DNA of 25,968 nucleotides from a virus (lineage: Duplodnaviria > Heunggongvirae > Uroviricota > Caudoviricetes): the IMG/VR virus record IMGVR_UViG_2541047695_000005, positions 1 through 25,968 of that record; one strand, written 5' to 3'. The translations under genes and the position numbers were made by a program. This document shows, piece after piece, positions 20,530-25,968 of this stretch. Position 1 is the stretch's first letter, and the number at the start of each line of letters is the position of its first letter. The notes beneath the pieces were generated by a model that was not told the origin of the DNA, searched no databases, and saw only the letters and a list, made by a program, of their open reading frames with translations.

Positions 20530-21388
20530 AAATCTCCCGCCATTTTTGCTTAGCCGACCATTCGCGTTTTGGGGTCGCCATTTCATGCTCTATAGCTTCG
20601 AGTGAAATGTTATAGCACCGTTTTGCTTTATATTGGAAAAGCCCTTTACCATAGACATACTGACCACTTCCTGGCGCTTTCCAATACTCCTTACTCGTAT
20701 CTTGATCAGCCATCCATTTGAAGAAATCACGACTCATGAAATCGTAGTAAAGATACGACTTATCTCTATGCGCCCAATTTTCAATGAATTGATACGCAAG
20801 CGTATCAATGAGTAAACCACTTATAGGTACATCCCATTTACGCTTCCAAGCTCTTGCCATTCTACAAAGTTGCACCAAATTGTTATTGGTAATGTTATTT
20901 CTTAACCTCATTGCAGAAATTTCTGGCTTTGGATTTGTAATCCTCCAACGGCCACCACCGTTCGCATCAGGAAATGTGTAACTATCACTAACATTGAGGA
21001 AAGCTGGAACGACTTCAAATGTAATTCCATCATTGAACGGTACAAGGATCACTTGACCGTCACCTCTAATACTAGTGGTAGCATAGGTTTTTTCAATAGA
21101 TCTCTTAACCGCTTGAAGCAATGCTGACTGCCCATTTCCTAAGTAGCTATTGTATTTTTGATACTCGGAATATGGTAGCTGAAAAATCATATCCAGATCG
21201 CTCAAGCCTTGCGTAGCTGTGTTCCGACCATATGATCCAACGTAGAGACTATGAGAAGTATCAGAACTGCTATCCCAAAAATCCGTATTTAAACGCTTCG
21301 TTATATTCCTATATCTAGTTGAAATTGTTCCACCATCTTTTACAGTAAGATTGGAGCAAAATCCGCAAAACCACTCAGCTAAACCCAT
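20507..21388 (-). CDS. cGAS/DncV-like (SMODS-type) nucleotidyltransferase (putative cyclic-oligonucleotide synthase)
   Basis: ATG at residue 3 of the track ORF with AAGGAA RBS; motif LYVGSYGRNTATQGLSDLDMIF matches the GS-x-x-R-x-T ... D-x-D nucleotidyltransferase signature of CD-NTase/SMODS enzymes; AT-rich; a perfect TATAAT lies upstream at about 21540. Confidence 0.6.
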   Translation of the reverse strand: MGLAEWFCGFCSNLTVKDGGTISTRYRNITKRLNTDFWDSSSDTSHSLYVGSYGRNTATQGLSDLDMIFQLPYSEYQKYNSYLGNGQSALLQAVKRSIEKTYATTSIRGDGQVILVPFNDGITFEVVPAFLNVSDSYTFPDANGGGRWRITNPKPEISAMRLRNNITNNNLVQLCRMARAWKRKWDVPISGLLIDTLAYQFIENWAHRDKSYLYYDFMSRDFFKWMADQDTSKEYWKAPGSGQYVYGKGLFQYKAKRCYNISLEAIEHEMATPKREWSAKQKWREIYGSTFPD

Positions 21389-21681
21389 GCTCAATTCCTT
21401 TTCTAAAATCTAATGAAAAATTCAAGGGCGCATGTTCCATGCATCATTGATAACTTTTTTCAGTCAGCTAGAGCAACATAATTGATACTAACTAGCTGTT
21501 TCTTCAAGTGAGTAACCTACTTTAGCATCAAGGTATTATACCTACCAAGCATGGGGAGAAACCACCACTTAAGCCATTGAAGTATATAGAGCAGATTTTG
21601 TTGAAAAAGCACTGTTTGTTTATACATATGAATAGTGCTTTTAACCAGCAATAGCGCGGCTCTCAGCGTTTTACAAGCAGT

Positions 21682-21730
21682 GTCATGGGGTGTCGGGGAT
21701 CGGAAGTTCAAATCCTCTCGTGCCGACCCA
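21682..21730 (+). other. 3' fragment of a tRNA-Pro(GGG) gene (att-site-like remnant), about 50 nt, no 5' half
   Basis: GTCATGGGGTGTCGGGGATCGGAAGTTCAAATCCTCTCGTGCCGACCCA matches the anticodon-loop-to-3'-end portion of E. coli tRNA-Pro (proL type) with a few mismatches as recalled; the upstream sequence does not form the 5' half. Confidence 0.65.
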
Positions 21731-21742
21731 AAAGATTATATA

Positions 21743-21770
21743 AACCAGCCTGTTATTGCTGGTTTTTTAT
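21743..21770 (+). terminator. intrinsic terminator just downstream of the tRNA-Pro fragment
   Basis: AACCAGC-CTGTTATT-GCTGGTT followed by TTTTTAT on the plus strand. Confidence 0.45.
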
Positions 21771-21955
21771 GCCTACCTTCCTGGTAGGGAAGCTATGGGG
21801 AATTACTGGGGAATCCCCCCTTTACCTGCTCCCATTAAACTAACATAGCACGATGTAAGCAACTTCCGCTTCTGGCACAAAGCGGACAACCACGCTAGCT
21901 CTACCCTGTGCCACAAAATGTCAATTTACATCTGAACTAATGCACTTTAATCTCG

Positions 21956-22378
21956 TCACTTCAAAAAATACCGAACATCCCCCTGATAAAACGACAATAT
22001 CCGCTGCATAACTTCGCTTTTACGACACTCAGTACAAATTATATTATGACGCCTGTCGTAACGACGTATTTCTCCATCAGGTAATGACCAGATAAGGTCC
22101 GGATCAACCGCAGATGGTTTCTTCAGCTTTGCCCTTGAGAGCTTTTTACGGGCATTTTGCCAGTCCTTACGCGCCTGTTCAGACGGGAATAACCCGTAAC
22201 CAGAGTTGTATACATCGCCACTGGCAACCAGCTCTCTGGCCAGAACGCTCATCAGATATCTTGTTGCCCCAGTTTTAGCTTCCAGTTGTCGTAACGTCTC
22301 GCGCCCACTCTGGCGTACGAGTTCAAGAACCTGCCCTTTAATTTTTTCCCGCTCTTCTTGTGTAAAAACTTTTGCCAC
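21956..22378 (-). CDS. hypothetical phage protein downstream of the replication gene
   Basis: 140-aa ORF with GTG start preceded by AGGAGGG; helix-rich basic protein; no family recognised. Confidence 0.4.
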   Translation of the reverse strand: MAKVFTQEEREKIKGQVLELVRQSGRETLRQLEAKTGATRYLMSVLARELVASGDVYNSGYGLFPSEQARKDWQNARKKLSRAKLKKPSAVDPDLIWSLPDGEIRRYDRRHNIICTECRKSEVMQRILSFYQGDVRYFLK

Positions 22379-22418
22379 AAGCCCTCCTGAAAATTACCTC
22401 ATGACCAGAAATACACAC

Positions 22419-23489
22419 TTACCCCCTGAAGCCCGGTGGAATTTCGGTATCCGGTTCAGAAATATGATTCACACAACGCTGGTTGTTCGTACCGCTTACC
22501 GGGAGCAACCAGGGGTTTTCAAAATTCCGGTCCGGTCCAAAAAACGTCGTCGCTCGCTGAACAAATTCCGTTCCCGTTTTCCCGGTAGCCGCCAGGTATC
22601 TTGCGTAACGCCTCACACCATCCAGCATGGCCTCTGGTGGCACCCCCTCGCGTAATCTGGCCTTCCAGGCACTGAAAGCGGATTTCTTCGGGTTTGCCCC
22701 AGCACGCAACGGGTATTCCCGCCAGACCTGTTCGAACACATCCGGATAATCTACTCGCCCCACAGGCTGCCCGGTGTTTTCCGGGACTACCCGATCGGCT
22801 TCCCGCTGAATGGCGGAATCGGCTTCAGGCTGCTGCAGTTGGTGTGATTGCTCCTGCCTTGCGGTCATCACCTGCTGCACAGCGCCCGAATCGGCTTTCA
22901 GCGCATACGCTGAATCGGCTTCCGGTGTCGTGCCTGCTGGCTGACCAGGATTGACGGTCTGAACATCCCCTGCCTGGTTCGTGGCGTTTTTTACGCCATG
23001 GACCATAGTGTTTTGATCTTCTTGATCTGTATCTTTATCTGTATCTTTATCTGTCGTGACTCGTCGTGACATGTGCGTGACATTTCGTGACGCGCCGTGA
23101 CAATCGCCATTTTGTTCCCGCTTTCTTTCCCTCTCTCGCTGCGCCCTCTTGCGCTCTGCAGGAGATTTTGCGGTTTGCGAAATATTGCCGTTGTCCTCTT
23201 TAAGCACCTGGCGTTTTTCCCATCCAGTGATTAAATCACCATCAAGTACCCGCCCCTGCATCGTCTGCAAAATTGAATCAATTACCTCTTCTGTCACGTC
23301 GAGCGCACTTGCCAAATCTTCTGTCGTGACATCAATGTGACCTCGCGTGACATTTCGTGACGCGCTCACCAGGAGGTGGATATACACTGCCATCACTGTT
23401 GCAATTGACTGCCCTGACACCCTGGCAATTGTTCGCCACTTAGGGTCATTTGGCATGTCATGCCATAATCTGAGCCAGGCGTTAGCCAT
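22419..23489 (-). CDS. replication initiation protein (O-like/replisome organiser) containing the origin iterons
   Basis: ATG at residue 3 of the track ORF with GAGG RBS; early-operon position after the cro and cII-like genes; the coding sequence contains two clusters of CGTGAC iterons and the acidic repeat TDKDTDKDTDQEDQ, as lambdoid O genes carry ori internally. Confidence 0.55.
   Translation of the reverse strand: MANAWLRLWHDMPNDPKWRTIARVSGQSIATVMAVYIHLLVSASRNVTRGHIDVTTEDLASALDVTEEVIDSILQTMQGRVLDGDLITGWEKRQVLKEDNGNISQTAKSPAERKRAQRERERKREQNGDCHGASRNVTHMSRRVTTDKDTDKDTDQEDQNTMVHGVKNATNQAGDVQTVNPGQPAGTTPEADSAYALKADSGAVQQVMTARQEQSHQLQQPEADSAIQREADRVVPENTGQPVGRVDYPDVFEQVWREYPLRAGANPKKSAFSAWKARLREGVPPEAMLDGVRRYARYLAATGKTGTEFVQRATTFFGPDRNFENPWLLPVSGTNNQRCVNHISEPDTEIPPGFRG
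23054..23101. repeat. iteron cluster 1 (5 x CGTGAC at about 10-11 bp spacing) with adjacent 12-bp tandem repeat ATCTTTATCTGT at about 23031-23054
   Basis: Direct repeats counted by eye at about 23055, 23065, 23076, 23086 and 23096; a 21-bp block GCGTGACATTTCGTGACGCGC recurs exactly at about 23345-23365. Confidence 0.55.
23321..23365. repeat. iteron cluster 2 (CGTGAC/TGTGAC copies plus the exact 21-bp repeat of cluster 1; inverted copy at about 23293)
   Basis: Same hexamer at helical-turn spacing inside the same gene, about 270 bp from cluster 1. Confidence 0.5.
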
Positions 23490-23560
23490 ACTCACCTCTT
23501 CTGATACCGAATCTTTTTACTCACGAGTTGCCGGAAGTGATTCGATATGGCTATTGTCAG

Positions 23561-23986
23561 TCAATGTACTGCCACAGCATTTCCTGCCGGGCCACCACGG
23601 TTCATCTGATTGAAACCGGCGATTGCCACTGCGACAAAATCATCAGCGTCTCTCACCAGTCGCTCCCGCGTCTCCACCAGCTCCCGAAAATAAGCTGAAC
23701 TGTGGCTGCGCATTCTGGCCACCAGCAAAGGTGGCATTGCCTTTTCGATCGCTGGTAACAACGCCTGAATTTTTTCAACTGCATCAGGGGTGTCTTTCTC
23801 TACCCAGCGGAAAATTTTCTGGGTATTGCGAGCCAGGGCTTCCGGATGGCTGTCGTCATACAGTTCCGGGAACGTCATTCCCAGCTCGAAATACGCTTTG
23901 GTAATTTTCGCAGCCGGTACTTTTTCGCCGTCCGGATGCGCCCAGGCATTCATCGCCATGCGGATGTGTTCATGCTTGATTTTCAT
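23561..23986 (-). CDS. CII-like/YdaT-like early regulator (putative)
   Basis: 141-aa ORF directly downstream of and 4-nt overlapping the cro-like gene, as ydaS-ydaT in Rac-type prophages; family assigned from memory and synteny. Confidence 0.45.
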   Translation of the reverse strand: MKIKHEHIRMAMNAWAHPDGEKVPAAKITKAYFELGMTFPELYDDSHPEALARNTQKIFRWVEKDTPDAVEKIQALLPAIEKAMPPLLVARMRSHSSAYFRELVETRERLVRDADDFVAVAIAGFNQMNRGGPAGNAVAVH

Positions 23987-24213
23987 GAATCCCCCCCTTG
24001 GTTAGAAGGCGGATTATGATCAGAACCGGGAATGACAACCGTCGGTATGTGTAACTCATATTTGAGCGCCCCGGCAGTGACTGCCTGAATTAGCAACGCC
24101 CATTTCCACGGAACCTCTTCCCCCCACATGCTGACTGTGGTTTTTGACGTTCCTAGAGCGGCGGCTGTTTTAACAACTCCGCCAAAATAGCCTAATACTT
24201 CTGATTTTTTCAT
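23983..24213 (-). CDS. Cro-like HTH regulator (YdaS-like)
   Basis: ATG at residue 17 of the track ORF with GGAG RBS; 76 aa, MKKSEVLGYFGGVVKTAAALGTSKTTVSMWGEEVPWKWALLIQAVTAGALKYEL is a Cro/YdaS-type HTH; divergent from the repressor gene. Confidence 0.6.
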   Translation of the reverse strand: MKKSEVLGYFGGVVKTAAALGTSKTTVSMWGEEVPWKWALLIQAVTAGALKYELHIPTVVIPGSDHNPPSNQGGDS

Positions 24214-24304
24214 GAGTCGCTCCATAAAACTGAACGCCAAAAGTTTAATAATCAAAACCAAAGAAAGTCAAGAAACAAAACCATCTGTGTTTTAAAATCA
24301 AAAC
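24214..24304. promoter_or_regulatory. divergent OR/PR/PRM control region
   Basis: Minus-strand TTGACT-18 nt-TAAACT (PR-like) at about 24242-24271; 18-bp palindrome TGTTTT-AAAATC-AAAACA at about 24288-24305 overlapping the cI start codon; no SD before cI, so a leaderless PRM-type transcript is possible. Confidence 0.4.
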
Positions 24305-24943
24305 ATGAACAAGCAAACAATATCTGAACGCATAACCCAACGTATGCATGCGCTAAACTTGAAAGGCAAAGACCTTGTCAATGCCACTGGCGCATCAAAA
24401 GGCTCCGTAAGTCAATGGATGAACGGTGGAGGAGCGCCGTCCTCGCGTTACATAAGTTCACTGGCAAAGATATTGAAAGTAAACGAAAATTGGCTTCTTA
24501 ATGGAGGAGAGTTAAATACAGGTGATTCGCTTGATCTATCTTTACCGCCGATAAAAACGGTTCCGCTACTATCACTTCAGCAGGCAGCAAGCTGGAGTGA
24601 TTATATGAAAAATTCCTCAATAACCTCTTGTGTGCAGCTTGTCGGAGAAATCCCGGCCAATACCTTTGCTGTTGTTCTAGAGAGTGACAGTATGTCGACA
24701 TCTGGTGGTGGAGTTTCCATCCCAAATGGTTCAACAGTTTTTGTTGATCCCGATCGAATCGTACAACCAGGAAATATTGTCCTTGCCTTACCCAAAGGGA
24801 CCACAACGCCTGTCATTCGCAAACTGGAGATAGAAGGGCCGGATATTCTTTTAGTCCCCACGAATCCTCGCTACCCTTCAATTATGCTGGATGATCTATC
24901 TTGCATATTGGGAGTATGCTTTAAAATTCAACAAGATATTTAA
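24305..24943 (+). CDS. cI: CI-type repressor with XRE-HTH and LexA/S24-like autopeptidase domain
   Basis: 212-aa ORF; N-terminal HTH (GKDLVNATGASKGSVSQWMNG), C-terminal S24-like segment with Ser (ESDSMS) and Lys (VIRKLE) in LexA-like spacing; divergent from cro. Confidence 0.8.
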   Translation: MNKQTISERITQRMHALNLKGKDLVNATGASKGSVSQWMNGGGAPSSRYISSLAKILKVNENWLLNGGELNTGDSLDLSLPPIKTVPLLSLQQAASWSDYMKNSSITSCVQLVGEIPANTFAVVLESDSMSTSGGGVSIPNGSTVFVDPDRIVQPGNIVLALPKGTTTPVIRKLEIEGPDILLVPTNPRYPSIMLDDLSCILGVCFKIQQDI

Positions 24944-25009
24944 CCAACCTCATCTATTTGATTAACTGTATGCCATCGTAGTGATGGCGTAACAGCTGCC
25001 TGCTTAAAA

Positions 25010-25057
25010 TGTTTTGATAAAAAAACATTGACCTTAAATGTTCATTTTTCTAAACTT
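25010..25057 (+). promoter_or_regulatory. OL/PL-like region
   Basis: Second copy of the 18-bp palindrome TGTTTT-GATAAA-AAAACA at about 25010-25027, then palindrome AACATTGACCTTAAATGTT overlapping TTGACC-17 nt-TAAACT. Confidence 0.4.
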
Positions 25058-25235
25058 CATTCATTCCCTCACCCCGCCCCACAGAATGCAGGGCAATACT
25101 TCGAGTTACCAGGCAGTGGTCAGGGGTTAAGTAGCCAGCCCGAGGCGTAAGAACATGACGGCAGGGTTCAACTTTAATAACTATGCAGCAGGTTTTTGTT
25201 CCGCTACCCCGGCGTTAAGGGGAAATGAGGTCAGC

Positions 25236-25391
25236 ATGGATACTATCGATCTTGGCAACAACGAATCTCTGGTGTACGGCGTGTTTCCAAACCAGGACGG
25301 CACGTTCACCGCAATGACGTATACCAAAAGCAAAACGTTTAAAACCGAAAATGGTGCCCGTCGCTGGCTGGAAAGAAACTCAGGTGAGTGA
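25236..25391 (+). CDS. small early-left-operon protein (YdaF-like, 51 aa)
   Basis: ATG at residue 28 of the track ORF with GAGG RBS at 5 nt; MDTIDLGNNESLVYGVFPNQDGTFTAMTYTKSKTFKTENGARRWLERNSGE; size and position resemble Rac ydaF. Confidence 0.4.
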   Translation: MDTIDLGNNESLVYGVFPNQDGTFTAMTYTKSKTFKTENGARRWLERNSGE

Positions 25392-25392
25392 T

Positions 25393-25968
25393 ATGGATTT
25401 CGACACAATCATGGAAAAGGCTTACGAAGAATACTTCGAAGGCCTTGCCGAAGGCGAAGAAGCTCTCAGCTTCAGTGAGTTTAAACAGGCACTCAGAATA
25501 AGAATGTGCTCTCACAATGACGCGGAGCACAAATATGAGAAGCAAAATCAGACCGCAGAAAATTTTGTTCTGGAACCCGGAGAAACGCTTTTCAAAATTC
25601 CCGTTACGTGCCCCATTTGCGGTTTTACATCAGAAGAACTTGACGACTCCTGTAACAATCAGGAAACAACCAAGTATGTCGAAGATGATACCGAGTGCGC
25701 ACGAAGAACGATTATATCCACGAGTCCAAACTCCAGGACCAATAAATCTCACTTTGAGAGGGTGATTAATCCACTCCCCCAAACCAATAAAAAAGATGCC
25801 GGAGGACAAAAAACCCAATGGAACAACGGGATATCTGTCAAAAAAAGACGTTCCATTAAAGACAAACAACGCAGCGCCAACAACTGTAAGCGCTTTATAC
25901 CAGTAATCAATTTTCATGTTCTTAAGCGGATTTATTGGTGGTTGCGACATTGCTTAATGAATCCTTAA
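25393..25968 (+). CDS. hypothetical early-left-operon protein with CPICG zinc-ribbon-like motif (C-terminal half uncertain)
   Basis: ATG preceded by AGGTGAG; the N-terminal 100 aa look protein-like; the A-rich 3' half overlaps an antisense membrane-protein-like ORF (25630..25950) that could be the real gene there. Confidence 0.3.
   Translation: MDFDTIMEKAYEEYFEGLAEGEEALSFSEFKQALRIRMCSHNDAEHKYEKQNQTAENFVLEPGETLFKIPVTCPICGFTSEELDDSCNNQETTKYVEDDTECARRTIISTSPNSRTNKSHFERVINPLPQTNKKDAGGQKTQWNNGISVKKRRSIKDKQRSANNCKRFIPVINFHVLKRIYWWLRHCLMNP

Noticed and set aside
21517-21711. 64-aa minus-strand ORF
   Set aside because: Overlaps the tRNA-Pro 3' fragment and the promoter region of the nucleotidyltransferase operon; junk-like composition.
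23031-23365. Possible CRISPR array suggested by regularly spaced short repeats
   Set aside because: Repeats are 6-21 bp, lie inside a coding sequence and have no spacer-like unique segments of CRISPR length; they are origin iterons and a coding repeat.

Overview
This window is a mosaic lambdoid prophage segment that spans the cos site, with most genes on the minus strand. Positions 1-8851 carry a head/tail-proximal module colinear with phage lambda (V, U, Z, FII, FI, E, D, C/Nu3, B, W, A, Nu1), with gene lengths, overlaps and several protein sequences matching lambda. cos lies at about 8852-9100, with the 12-nt cohesive end near 9030-9041. Past cos come two plus-strand accessory genes (RHH-like, DUF1398-like), an Rha-like gene, and a phage-21/Qin-type lysis cassette (Rz/Rz1, SAR-type lysozyme, YdfR-like, dual-start pinholin). 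Upstream of that is an AT-rich moron block, a degenerate tRNA(CAT), a pR'/tR'-like unit and antiterminator Q, then rusA, a DUF968 protein and a complete hok/mok/sok-type locus. The most notable feature is an AT-rich insertion at about 18.8-21.8 kb: an integrase 3' fragment, a two-gene operon encoding a cGAS/DncV-like (SMODS-type) nucleotidyltransferase plus a SLATT-like two-TM protein (a minimal CBASS-like defence candidate), and a tRNA-Pro 3' fragment. The right end holds an O-like replication gene with internal iterons and a Rac-like immunity region (cro-like, LexA-type cI, OR/OL palindromes). Motifs I located by hand (promoters, terminators, tRNA, repeats) are approximate to about ±2 bp, because my base indexing drifted by one position in at least one place; CDS coordinates are anchored to the ORF track. 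No database search was possible, so all family names rest on recalled sequences, motifs and synteny.
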